Below the pieces are notes generated by a model. The model searched no databases, was not told the origin of the DNA, and worked only from the letters and a program-made list of their open reading frames with translations. Made by a program: the position numbers and the translations under genes. A stretch of DNA of 63,965 nucleotides, counting the filler, from Reticulomyxa filosa (lineage: Eukaryota; Protista; Foraminifera): NCBI GenBank assembly GCA_000512085.1. It is 20 parts of 20 records of this genome, joined end to end, with 100 filler letters (N's around TTAATTAATTAA, not from the genome) between each part and the next. Parts side by side here need not be neighbours in the genome. Positions count along the whole stretch, not along the records: positions 1 to 2,437 come from ASPP01026781.1; positions 2,538 to 3,822 come from ASPP01016181.1; positions 3,923 to 5,383 come from ASPP01012517.1; positions 5,484 to 7,369 come from ASPP01018984.1; positions 7,470 to 14,742 come from ASPP01018753.1; 15 more parts are not named here. One strand, given 5' to 3'. The first letter of the stretch is position 1. Each line of letters begins with the position of its first letter. Shown piece by piece: positions 1 to 11,949 of the stretch.

Positions 1-5
1 TGTGT

Positions 6-1129
6 GTGTGTGACGAGAAAGTAAAGCCAATATGGCCTTTGTATGTCCGTCCCGGACAGGCCATTCGTATTCTTGCATTCGTGTGTCCTGTCGAGTTTCG
101 AGGTCGTGTCGTTTCGGTCAACGAAACAGACGTCGTAGTACAGCCTTTGGATGGTCCTCTGCTCGGACGTGAAGGCTTTAGCACAGTGCGTTTGCACTCG
201 GAAAAATTCATTGTCGGGATTGATTGGCAGTACTCCGAATGTCCATCCCAGATCATTTCAAATCAGTCTTTTGTTTCCACATCGCATAGCAATGAACAAA
301 CTCAATCCGGTTTTTTTAATTATAACGCGTTTTTTTTTTTTTTTTTTTTTTCTCTTTTTTTTAAATAAATAAATACATTTTTTAAAAAAAATGCGACAGA
401 TGACTATTTGCTTTCTCCAAAAGAAGATAACAGTCGATTCTTGGATCAGTTTAAGTTTGTGTGATTATATACATAATACATATTGCAACGCATGTGAACA
501 AATATATTATACATTTTATTGATATGTGTGTGTGTGTGTGTGTATGCATACAGCATATTTGATGAAGAGTTTTGCCTTCATCCGAACAAAAAAAGAAGAC
601 TAAATGAATCATTGGGCGGATTAAAAAAACGCAATATCTTCACGAGTGAAGAAAACAATGCATTGTACAAAGGACTGGCCAGATACAAGCATAGTCTGCA
701 TCAGCAGATATATCATGACATCAAAAAAGATCGCGAACTTGGACCCATTTTGCAAAATAGAACTAATGTTCAACTCAAAGACAGGGTCCGTGTTTTGAAA
801 AGATACAAAGATCCGAAGCTTTTGACCATTTTCCCTGAATGGTCTGGTAATGGCACAACTACAACTGCAACCGTGGTTACAGCTTCAACTTCAGCTCTAA
901 CAAATACTGCAAGCTCAAGTAAAGTAAAAGTAAAAATAAACAGGCTAAAAACAATCCTTCCATTCCTCCCAATCCTCTCTCTTCACCCAATCCTCTCTCT
1001 TCACCCAATCCATCCAATCCTTCCAATTCGTCCAATCCACCAAATATAAATCCGACTGATAATGATCCTGCTCAAACTCCTATTCGACGTAGGAGACGAC
1101 ATAGAAGGAATATCTCTACTCCCAAGTAA
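6..1129 (+). CDS. Myb/SANT telobox (TRF/TBP-like) domain protein, multi-exon, probably 5'-partial
   Basis: Exon ~554-920 encodes FTSEENNALYKGLARY...ILQNRTNVQLKDRVRVLK, matching the telobox RTxVxLKD(K/R) motif. GT-AG introns lie upstream. A one-base slip near 920 restores a Pro/Asn tail ending RRRRRHRRNISTPK* at 1129. Confidence 0.7.
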
Positions 1130-1626
1130 TTTTTTTTAAATGATTTTGAATGAAAAGATGCAAAACAAACTTTCTTTTTTTAAAAATAAGCTTCTTACAG
1201 TTTATTTGTATTTGCAGCGCTTGTAGTTGTTGTTCTCTATTTACTTCAAAGCTAGAATAAAAAACGAAGAAGAGGGTCAAACAAAAAATACTTTAGAAAA
1301 TACTTTCTTTTATCAAATAAATCCCAGTACTGCGTTTTCTGTGACTTTTAGTGGGCCACTTTTGTGAATTAAATTCCGTCATACTTAATATAAGGCCTCT
1401 GCTTAAAAAAATTTGTTTAATTTACTCAAAAGACTTCTGCAACGACACTGGTAAAACTGTGCTTTTGAGTACAAAAAGGGCCCAATCGGAACCCAAAAAA
1501 AAAACTTTTTTCATCCAGCAGCAATGTCACAGGTAAGTACATCTTATTATCTTAATCCGTTTTTATATTTTCTTTCCAAGTTATTTCTGGTACCTTAAAC
1601 AAAATATTAGTCACAAAATTCTCAAA

Positions 1627-2437
1627 ATGAAAACGACATTGCTTTGAAAGTTCTACGACAACTAGAGGATGCTGATGTAAATAAAGATGGGCAAATCAAT
1701 TGGAAAGAATTTCAAGGATTTGTTCGTAGAACTTTTGGGGTAGGTGTAAATTATATGTCCTTAATGCGTGTTTGTTTGTTTTTTTTTTTGGAACAAAACG
1801 TACGAGTTTGTCTGCAATCCGAAAAACAGCGGCGATTGAGAGACAAAATAAAAAAAGCCGTTAGTGTGCATTAGACTCTGTGTCAAATTTTGTGTGAACA
1901 TTTGAATAAAGGAAAGTACCAACGAGCAAACTTTACAATTGTGGTTGACATTCGGAGGAGATAGTGAGAAAAATCAGGCATTTAGTTTACAAAAAGCAAA
2001 AGAAAAGCTAGTTAATGTTTTTTTTTTTTTCTAAATTAAAAAAAAGTGTACATAAAAAAAACTTGTATTTACACACAGACCAATGAGGTTGGTTCGTCTG
2101 GTACAACCAGATCCCAACTCAAGTCCAGACAGTCAATGGATGAAACTATGACATTGAGCATTGTCAATGAACTGAGCGCATCTCACGAAGTTTTTTTTTT
2201 TTTTTTGCAATCGGGAACAAGCACATACACAGAAAAAAGATGAGGGAGGGAGAAAAAAAAAAAAAGAGGGGTGGAAGGTATTTTGAATTCGGATGAATGG
2301 CGTGTTTTACACATACATACACACAAAAGTTTTCTTCGAATAATGGAGAAGATCAATCTCCGTCAGTACCGAGGGCCAAAGGCACAACAAGAAGGCATTC
2401 CACTGCAGACTTGCAGCACACCAAATTTAGCGCTACA
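1627..2437 (+). CDS. EF-hand-containing protein, fragmentary or possibly pseudogenic
   Basis: Canonical EF-hand loop DADVNKDGQINWKEF at ~1668-1712. Downstream exons are ambiguous. Confidence 0.5.
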
Positions 2438-2537
2438 NNNNNNNNNNNNNNNNNNNNNNNNNNNNNNNNNNNNNNNNNNNNTTAATTAATTAANNNNNNN
2501 NNNNNNNNNNNNNNNNNNNNNNNNNNNNNNNNNNNNN
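2438..2537. other. Artificial contig linker N44-TTAATTAATTAA-N44 (first of 19)
   Basis: Identical 100-bp spacer with stops in all frames starting at 2438, 3823, 5384, 7370, 14743, 16850, 19104, 29463, 30864, 36201, 41306, 44572, 46153, 47509, 49954, 57180, 59119, 61548, 62863. Confidence 0.99.
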
Positions 2538-2541
2538 TAAA

Positions 2542-2572
<31 letters not shown>

Positions 2573-2582
2573 GTATGAAGAA

Positions 2583-3779
2583 TTGAAAGATATAATGACG
2601 TTGCGACAAGAGACCAAAAGCAACTTGAATGACAAAACAAATGAATTGGCCAATGGAGGTGAAAGTGGCAACGGACAACAAAACACGATGGGACAAAAAG
2701 TATCGAGGAGCAGCCTAACGCTCACGGAAAACGACATGTTTGCAACAAGTGGCAACGTACACACGGGCACAAACATCAACACCAATACAAATACAAATAT
2801 AAATACAAATACAAATGCAAATGCAAATGCAAATGTAAACGCAAATGTAAACGTAAATATGAATACAAATGCAAATGCAAACGCAAATGCAAACGCAAAC
2901 ACTGAAACGCTGACTGGAAGTGCCGACCTATGGAGTGTTCCTCCGGACGTGAATGCAATGTGGTCAAAGTCATTCCTTCGCACGAAGAATGGATCGAACC
3001 AAGGGACACCTCATAACAAAGCAAGCACTCGAAGACCTGTAAGTGGCAGTCATGCCAAGAGCGGATGGCGAGTGGCCAAGAGCAACGATGGCGATGTGAG
3101 CAACTCCAATAGCAACGGCGCAAACAAGAAACATCGAAAGACGCACCCATTGAAAATGGCGACTCCAGACAAATCGTCTGTTCAAAAAAGTCACGTTGCA
3201 CAAAAGAAGCCTCTCGCACGGAGAGCGTCAATGCCTGAAATGGGAACAAGCACGACTACGAATATGAACGTGGGTGTGGGCATGGGAGTGGGAGTTGGCA
3301 TGGACATGGGCACAGACAAACCCCAACCCCAACCTCAACCTCAACCTCAACCTCAACCCCAACCAAATATGGAACAGTTGTTGTCCGAATTGTTTGGTCA
3401 TCACGAATCTGTCGAAACAACTGAGTCTGCATTGTCACCCATGAGAACCACCATGAATATGAACATGAATATGCCCGAATCCAACGAAACTGATGTCACC
3501 ATGGCCATGGCACTTGCAATGGCCAAGCATTCCAAAGTGGTCACGCCACACAGCAAAAGTATACGTGACGACAACAGGGACAATGTAGATTGGTTCTTCC
3601 ATCGCTTGACTCATGAAAAAGACAAACTTGCACACGCCGAAAAGAAAAGACAATATTACAAATCCAAACTCGGCTTCACCGATGATGTCGGGTTGTTCAC
3701 AACAAACAAGGTTGATCCCAAGGTCCATGTCACGGAAGAAATGGCTGACTCATCAGTTAAATCCCTCCCCACTTTTTAG
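2583..3779 (+). CDS. Low-complexity hypothetical protein exon (NT/NA, GV and PQ dipeptide repeats)
   Basis: 398-aa open frame with higher GC than its flanks, preceded by an intron-like A tract. No recognisable domain. Confidence 0.6.
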   Translation: MKDIMTLRQETKSNLNDKTNELANGGESGNGQQNTMGQKVSRSSLTLTENDMFATSGNVHTGTNINTNTNTNINTNTNANANANVNANVNVNMNTNANANANANANTETLTGSADLWSVPPDVNAMWSKSFLRTKNGSNQGTPHNKASTRRPVSGSHAKSGWRVAKSNDGDVSNSNSNGANKKHRKTHPLKMATPDKSSVQKSHVAQKKPLARRASMPEMGTSTTTNMNVGVGMGVGVGMDMGTDKPQPQPQPQPQPQPQPNMEQLLSELFGHHESVETTESALSPMRTTMNMNMNMPESNETDVTMAMALAMAKHSKVVTPHSKSIRDDNRDNVDWFFHRLTHEKDKLAHAEKKRQYYKSKLGFTDDVGLFTTNKVDPKVHVTEEMADSSVKSLPTF

Positions 3780-3922
3780 AAAGTACCTTGTATAAATAAT
3801 TATATATATATATATATATATANNNNNNNNNNNNNNNNNNNNNNNNNNNNNNNNNNNNNNNNNNNNTTAATTAATTAANNNNNNNNNNNNNNNNNNNNNN
3901 NNNNNNNNNNNNNNNNNNNNNN

Positions 3923-4303
3923 GAAGCCGCCGACGATCAGGTTCTTGCGGCCGATGCCGGCAAGCTTCGCGGCAAGATCCGTTCCCGCGAAGGCATTGGG
4001 CAGGCCCTTGTCGACGATCGTCTCGCCGTCGCGCGGCGTCAGTTCCTTGACGATCTCGTAGCCCGTCGACGTGGGATTGAAGGCCTTACCCTTGGACTGG
4101 TGACGCACATGGACAATGGGGGTTCCCGCCGTGCGGGCCTTCTCCAGCAGCACGGCCAACGCATCGACTGCCGGCTGCACGCCGGTCAGCGGCAGCAATC
4201 CGTCCGTATATTCCCTCTGTGCATCGATGATCAGCAGGATCCCGTCGGTCATGGTAGCCGGTGTCGGTTGCGCCCCGGCCATCTGCAGCATGGTCATTGC
4301 CAT
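3923..4303 (-). CDS. Bacterial isochorismatase-family cysteine hydrolase (3'-truncated)
   Basis: Motifs LLIIDAQREY, PIVHVRH, VDKGLPNAF.GT.L and LIVGGF. AAGGA Shine-Dalgarno 6 nt before the ATG at 4303. High GC. Confidence 0.88.
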
Positions 4304-4659
4304 GGTCATTCCTTCGACTTTTCGCGGTTGTGTAAGCCCCAACGCTATCAACGCCTATGGCGCCCCGATTTGCAACACCTTCGGGAGGGGGTCTTGATGC
4401 CCTTTGTGGTATCTGGTTTCGGTGCATCGCCGGTGGATATCGCATCGGACCATCGGGCATATGAGAGCGATCATCGCCGGCCGCCGCATCGCGGGCCTTC
4501 TTGCAACGACTTGGGGCCGGGTCCGTCACCGCCGACGAGCGCTTCGTCGAGAGAAGCCGGAGAAGGTCGCGACTCCACGGCGCATGCGCGTCGGGCCAGC
4601 GGTCTGGTCGGCGATGGGCTGACCTGACAAAATGCCGTAAATCTGGGAGAGAAACCGAC

Positions 4660-5383
4660 ATGGCACCCGCCAAACGCCGCCGCACGTCGAAAGCCGCACC
4701 GAAGAAGGAAACCGGACTCCGTCAGGGCCTCGCCACCTACGGCGATGCCGGTTTCTCGCTGTTCCTGCGCAAGGCCTTCATCAAGGCCGGCGGCTATTCC
4801 GACGATGCGCTCGACCGGCCGATCGTGGGCATCACCAACACCTTTTCGGATTTCAATCCCTGCCACGGCAACGTGCCCGACCTGATCGAGGCGGTGAAGC
4901 GCGGCGTCATGCTGGCGGGCGCGCTGCCGATGGTCTTCCCAACCATCTCGATTCACGAGAGTTTCTCCCATCCGACCAGCATGTTCCTGCGCAACCTCAT
5001 GTCGATGGACACCGAGGAGATGATCCGCGCCCAGCCGATGGATTCGGTCGTGCTGATCGGTGGCTGCGACAAGACGTTGCCGGCCCAGCTCATGGCCGCG
5101 GCGAGTGCCGACCGTCCGGCCGTCGTGCTGCCGGTGGGGCCGATGCTGGTCGGACATTTCAAAGGCGAGGTGCTGGGCGCCTGCACTGACTGCCGGCGCC
5201 TGTGGGGCCAGTATCGCGCCGGCACCTTCTCCGAATCCGACATCGAGCAGGTGAGCGAGCGCTTGGCACCGACCAAGGGCACCTGCATGGTCATGGGCAC
5301 CGCCAGCACGATGGGATGCATCGTGGAGGCATTGGGCATGGGCCTGCCGACGCGGCTCGATCCCCGCAGCATTCCGATCGGCT
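4660..5383 (+). CDS. ilvD: Bacterial IlvD/Edd-family dihydroxy-acid/sugar-acid dehydratase (3'-truncated)
   Basis: Motifs RPIVGI.N..SDFNPCH, MFLRNLMSMDTEE, GGCDKT and GTCMVMGTASTM. GGGAGAG RBS before ATG 4660. The last ~35 nt are frameshifted at the contig end. Substrate cannot be assigned from sequence. Confidence 0.9.
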
Positions 5384-6075
5384 NNNNNNNNNNNNNNNNN
5401 NNNNNNNNNNNNNNNNNNNNNNNNNNNTTAATTAATTAANNNNNNNNNNNNNNNNNNNNNNNNNNNNNNNNNNNNNNNNNNNNACAGATCTTCGTTTGTT
5501 TAATTTCACAACAAGCAAAAAAAAAAAGAAAATCAAAGTGTTAGATAGAGTAAACGAATTGAAACGTTCAAACAAAGCGGGTTGATGATAAACATAACAA
5601 GCCAAAACATTTTGTTATGATATAAGCGGAAAAAAAGAATTTACTACGAAATACTATATCAAAGAGTCGCAATTGTCAAGAATTCAAACTTGATCCAGTT
5701 GCAATATATCTTGGTCAAAATTATTCATCCTTCAGAAATAAATAGTCTGTTTGTCACTTATTGATTGGTTGCTTAAGTGTTGAATAATTTCCCTTAGATG
5801 TAGAAAAAAGTTATAGTAAAAGAATTTTTTATAAGTTGTCATTTGTAATATCTTCTTGTCAAACTTCTTTCATTTATATGGTGAAAACTGAAAACTTGAT
5901 TTGCAACATGAATACACCAACAAATAGCTTTTCTTTGTATTAAATATTTTCTCTAAATTATGAATAAATTTTATTTAAAAAGTGTGAAAATAGTACAATT
6001 GATTTACAAAAATATAATAAATGATATAAATAAGTGAAACTAAATTTTGTTACACATTAATAAAATATCAAAAAT

Positions 6076-6120
6076 ATAATCAGTCAGGTAAGAAATTCAA
6101 TATCTTACCTGACTGATTAT
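6076..6120. repeat. Perfect 18-bp inverted repeat (hairpin)
   Basis: ATAATCAGTCAGGTAAGA, 9-nt loop, TCTTACCTGACTGATTAT. Confidence 0.9.
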
Positions 6121-7559
6121 TTTTCTTAGTCTAAGGGAAGTTGGAACTTTCAGCTTCTATTTTTTGAAAAAAAAACCACAGGTCAGCAGTCTCAAAACTG
6201 TCATACTCTTGACAGTATATAGTAATTGTGATATTAAAAAATTTACAATTGAAAAAAATTATTGCTAATGTATCTATTATATGAATATCAAGTCAAATAA
6301 TTTTTCAATCAAAATTATAACTCTAATATTGGTATAATCAACGTTGTAATAGCTCAAATATAAGTACAAATTGACCTTCGGACTGTTTGCAACAAACACT
6401 TATTGTTAATCATCAACTCTTTAAAAAAACAGCAGTCAGGATATAAAACTACAATATAATTATAATACTTTTGGAAGAAATCTTTACAACTAGGTGAAAA
6501 TTTATATATTAAGTGCATTTTTCAACACAGTTCTAAAAATTTTATCTCAAAAATTAATTATTATTTTCTGCATAGCCACAGTAGCTGTTTTAAACAAGAT
6601 CAGTTGCGAAAAGGTACACAACTAGACGAAGGGGTTTAACAAACTTACCGTTTATGCCCGTTTTAGAAAGGTCTAGTCATTCATTGGAAAAATAATGCTC
6701 TCGCTTCTAGTAAATCAAATTAATCTCCTATATTCTGTCTCATTAGTTTGGTCTATCTTGCAACATTGCTTGGCATTGCTTAATCTCTGCGTCTTTATGA
6801 GTTTCCGACAGCAAGTGGTGGGACTGATTGGGACCAATGGATTGCATCCATTATGTCAGGTCTTGTCAAACAAACAAGGAAAGTACATACCCGCGACTGG
6901 AAGTGATCAATCCTCCACACCAACAAAGCATGAGATAAAAAGTCCGAATTGGCAAGAAAAATGTAAACTCTTTTGGAAATTTCCAACCATGAATTGGTTC
7001 ATTGGAAGCTCAGACACGTTGTTGCTACGACAATGTGATTTTGGTATACTTATTTCCGTGTTGCAATTGTTGCACAATTTTCCATTGTCTTATCATTGGC
7101 TCTTCTACAATATCTTATGTTGGAGCCAATTTTTATTGGCACTATCTTTCGAAAACAACTTGGGCCCTTTCATTTTACAAATGGAGCCAATGATGTGTGA
7201 AATAAATTTTTTAATGGCAATTTCATCGCCATTTGACTGTTTGGGTTTAGTTTAATTTATTATTTTTATTATTGTTGTTATTATTTATATCATTATTACT
7301 GTAATTATCATTGTGTCACAAATAAAAAAAAAAATTGAATGCAATAAATACTAATTAAAAAAGCAAACANNNNNNNNNNNNNNNNNNNNNNNNNNNNNNN
7401 NNNNNNNNNNNNNTTAATTAATTAANNNNNNNNNNNNNNNNNNNNNNNNNNNNNNNNNNNNNNNNNNNNTGATGATACATTGATAGTTCTGTATTCCCAT
7501 TTCTTTTTTTTTAATATGACGTATAATTTTTTTTAGGCAAAAAAAAAAACAGCTCATAT

Positions 7560-8915
7560 TTGTATAGGAGAACAAAAAGCTTATTCCCTCGGCGGCCAGA
7601 TCGAGCAGACGAATCACAGTGTCCACCTGCCAAATATGTCCAAATCAAATGTCATGCACTCGGGTCAATGCTGCAACAGCCACAAACTGCGACGGACTTT
7701 GTGAATCGACAGTGCGTGTTCAATTTCCACGTAATACGACCCAACTCCAAATACGGGGATGTCTTTTTTGATATCGGTGGGTTGTGGGCCCCCTTCTTGG
7801 ATTTGTTCAATCACCTCGTCCGTTCGTATGTTCAACTCTTCCACTGGGTCTTGATACCTCTCGAATGGGATGTGTAGAGACCGAACGGGGAAGGCCCCAC
7901 GGAAGAACACGCCCAACTCGCGGTCGCGGAATTCCATATGAATACGTTCTGGAATTGATTATACGTATACATATATATATAACACTTTTGCTGATATCAG
8001 AGGAATGGACGACGACAGTCTTTCCTTGTAACCTCTTCCAATACTTTGGCCAAAACTTGTGACAAGTACTGACCCGCACGTATCTTTTGAATTTGAATAG
8101 ACGGCAACTGTTGCAATAAGCAATTGCCAATGCCAATTTGTCTGTGATTTGCATCTTCCTCTTCATTATTCGCTGCTCCTATTGCTCCGCCTTGACGTGG
8201 TGTATTGTCCACATCTTCGGCATATTTTACATCTGCGTTGGCTGAAATTTCTTCCATCGTCAGTCCAACCTGCAAATGCGCATCGACCTCATTCGTCCAA
8301 TAGATTGTCACCCCAGAGGCCGCGTCATGCGCGCTTCCTCTTCCGGAGTTGTCATCTTCCAAGTTATCTGCGATAAAGTTAATCAAGCCCATGTGTCCAT
8401 CGTTGTCGCCATCGATATCCTTGTTGTCGTCTTTGATATCTTCCGGCTGGTGCGTGCTCACATACATGTTTTGAGCGATCCTATCCAATTCACGAGACAC
8501 ATTGTTGACCAGATAATCGGCGGCCATGGCCAAGCCATCATTGCACTGTTCTAGTGTCACTACGGCAAATTCTAAGTGGAAGATGTCTCCTATCATACGC
8601 ACCAGCTCATCCGCCTCGCTGTAGTACACCCGCTTTTCATTTTTCAATTGCCCGGTCAGATATTAATCGAGTGATGACTCGATATTGAAGTTCATTTCCT
8701 ACTGTCCCAAATTCACCTCGACCTGCGTCTTGCAACCACGCCATAGTGTCCATTCACTCCGTCCAACGAACTTCGTGAGCCTACTATAGTGCCATTGCGA
8801 GTGAAGAATATCGCCTTGTGATGTTGTCCCCAACACGGCCAATCACATCTCCTTCCACGAATCCTTCCGATAATTTTGAGACTACTTGTTTTCTGGAAAT
8901 GGGGCTTTATATGAC
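7560..8915 (-). pseudogene. Degenerate SPRY-domain gene
   Basis: Across frameshifts and stops reads FVEGDVIG...AIFFTRNGTIVG...VEVNLGQ*EMNFNI (SPRY C-terminal signature), followed by an acidic region and further broken exons. Confidence 0.55.
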
Positions 8916-9359
8916 ATAACAAATAAGTTTCCTTTTTTTTCAAAAAAAAAAAAATGGTATTAATTGACGAATTGTTTTGGGCTTTTTGATAGGAAGAGAA
9001 GAAGTATGAAAAAGAGATTGACAAACTCAACTTCGTGTGTATTCTTTTCGTTTCATTTGATTTGATTGTGTGCATTGGTGAATCGAACCAAAAGACTTGT
9101 GTGTGTTTATTTTATTTGTCCAAAAATGCTTTCAAGTAAAAGAAAAAAGAATAAAATAAATTGCTTCATTCTTCTTTTTTTTGGACAGCTTCAAACACTT
9201 TTCCATTTTTTAAAATATTGCGCATATCATTTGTGCAGTACTGCTCTTGCTACGTGTCGCATGCGTAAACAAACGCAATTGCTTTGTTCTTTGGCCTTGG
9301 TAATATTTCAAAACAAAACAAGGCAGAAGCAACTTGAAGTTTGAACATTCACATTTTTG

Positions 9360-10380
9360 ATTGATAAAAAGATGTTATAACAGGACCGCAAACATAGCAA
9401 TAAGCTTGGTCCATGGACGTCACATGACGATGAAGTTAATATTGTTAGTATGGCTTTCACCTTTGTTTTATTTTATAATTTGGTTTTGTCTTTTTTTAAA
9501 CTTTGACTTTGATGTAGTCTCCCTCCTTCTCAAAGCCAATGATAATAATAATAAATGTATCTCTTTATTCTTTCTTCAACTAGAAGGGTTGATAACATTT
9601 AGAAAGAAAGATAGAGGTGGAGATACTATTAAAAAATATATATACGCATATGATTCCAAACTTGTAGATGCACTTTGTCGGAATTTATGTTATCACAGCT
9701 GCAAATGGTCTTTATTATATCATTGATCATGTATTCTCCATTGGAATCTTTTCTACAACATCCATTCATTGGCGTAGTTTTGCATGATGGCCATTACGTG
9801 GTTGGTATATTTATAATTTTAAGTATGTGTGTACATTATATATTGCATGTACACCACTTTCATTCGTTTAATCAAGTTGTTTTCGCGTGTGTGGAAAAAA
9901 TTAGTGTGGATGAGGGAAGGTAGAAAAAGGGGACATCCAACAAAAAAAAACTTTGTTTTGTTTATTTTTTTAAACAAAAAAAGAACATACACAGATACGG
10001 TCAGTATTGAATTGGCTATGAGCTTTTGAATGCAGTCCAACGCAATCTCAGTTGTGTGAGGAACACCAGTGGAAACGTGCTTCTTTGGATAAGTCCCAAT
10101 AAATGTCCCCATCTTCTGCCATTGAAGGGGACCCTTTTGGGTCTCTCGTTGCATCACTTTTCATCAGTTCATCTCGATACTTGATACACAAGTTCCTCAG
10201 ATGAGCATGTCGACGTAATAGCACACTCAATAATTTCGCAAAACTTTGTAACAAGTGTTACTTTAGCATACGCGTTATTTGTTACTCGGTCTCACTAACC
10301 CCGTTTTCTGTAGCCGCAGTTGCATCAACCATTGTATCCATTTTAGCTTGTTCATAGGTCATTGATGGACGTTCTGACAT
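9360..10380 (-). pseudogene. Degraded coding sequence of unknown family
   Basis: Coding-like composition broken by multiple stops and frameshifts (MSERPSMTYEQAK...). Confidence 0.3.
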
Positions 10381-11949
10381 ATCAACATTTCCAAATACAT
10401 CCTTTTTATCAGCTGATGTGGACATAATTCCTCGCAATGGTTCCCCTCCCAAACAAATTTTATTTCTTTTTTTCTAATTTAATATTTTTAACTTCAACTT
10501 ATTTAGCTATCTTCTGAATTTTTTTAGATAGCACTGAAAGAAAACTAATGCTTCAAAGACAGGAACGCGAACAAAATACACAATAAAAAAAAAAATTAAA
10601 AAAATTGTCAAACGTGAGAATAACGCGAAAAAGCGTGTGCAAAAATAGGAAAATTAAAAAACTTTGAAATTTTTGGAGTACCACATTTTGCTACTCCATT
10701 TTTTATTGCAATTATTACTTATTTTGCTTGGTCTACTTTTTTAAGCTAACTTGGGATTCCGTTTAAATTTAAATAAAAAAGATGACCCACGTAATAAAAC
10801 CAGGAAATTATCTAAATGATTTTTCAATAAAAAGCAAAAAAATTTATCAAATTTATCTAGTTTTCCAAAAAGTAACGCTTTAGAACGATTCAAGTAAAAA
10901 AAAAAAATTGCTTGCTTTCCAATATGAGTAAGAAAACGTTGGAACCCAAAGGGTTTGAATACTCCAAAAAAACGTTAAGAGAACATTTGGTCTAACTTTG
11001 TCACAAAGCAACGTTATTTCACCGGAATTTCACCAATCGATCAACAATAGTTTATTCTAACGTCCTGAATTGGTTTGGACGTTTCAATTTTATTTTTCCT
11101 TTTTAAAGTTTGAAAATAGTGGTCATTTTTAGTAGATTTTGACAGTTAACAAGCATTCTCGTTCTGATGTGAAAAGACAAATTACCAACCAAATTTTTTT
11201 TTTTGTGCAGTGGAAAAAATAAAAATTGCAAAAAAGAATAAAAAACCAAAAAGAAATATTTTGTTCGCTTTTTTATTCTTTTTTGCATTTTTTTATTTTT
11301 TTAATATTTAGTTACTGCTTTTTTAACATTATGGAGCTGTCATAGACTAATCAATTGTTTTTTTTAAATAACATTTTATTTATCTATGTATCAAAACAAA
11401 AGTTTAAATTTGTAGTATTTAGAGTTTTATATTATTGTAAGAAAGTCTTATGAACATAATTACAAGCTCTTTTTTTGTTTGGTTTAATATGCAAGATTGA
11501 CAGCAATCTTTATTTATACAATTGTTGCCAATTGTTTTTATTTTTAAGTATTACCTTAGTGAAATAAAATGCATGCAATTTTAAATGTATATTTATTATT
11601 TTTTACTTTTATTTTGCATTTCATTTGATTCGATAAGGTTATTTTTTATCAATTAATTGTAGTTTTGAATTTTCAATATTATTTACAAATGACTTGCGTT
11701 ATTTAACAGATTTCAGGTATGCACTATAGAATATTGTTTTTTTAATTTGGTTTTTCGATTTTTGTTCATTTAAAGCTATTTAAATTTTTCATTTGAAGTG
11801 GTTTTAAACTTTTCAATCTTTTATTTTTTTTTTTGACTTTAGTATCCTGCTGAATGAATTAGTATTTTTATAAACCTATGCGTAAATATTTCAATACTTC
11901 CTTTGGTGAAAGTCCAAATTGATTTTATTCAATTGCTTATTTATATCAT

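Noticed and set aside
2482-2493. Recurrent TTAATTAATTAA palindrome
   Set aside because: Always centred in N44 blocks; it is an artificial concatenation linker.
4086-5157. Long alternative ORFs in the bacterial contig
   Set aside because: High-GC shadow frames of the two real genes.
6695-7255. 186-aa plus-strand ORF
   Set aside because: No motif; more likely the antisense of a decayed minus-strand sequence.
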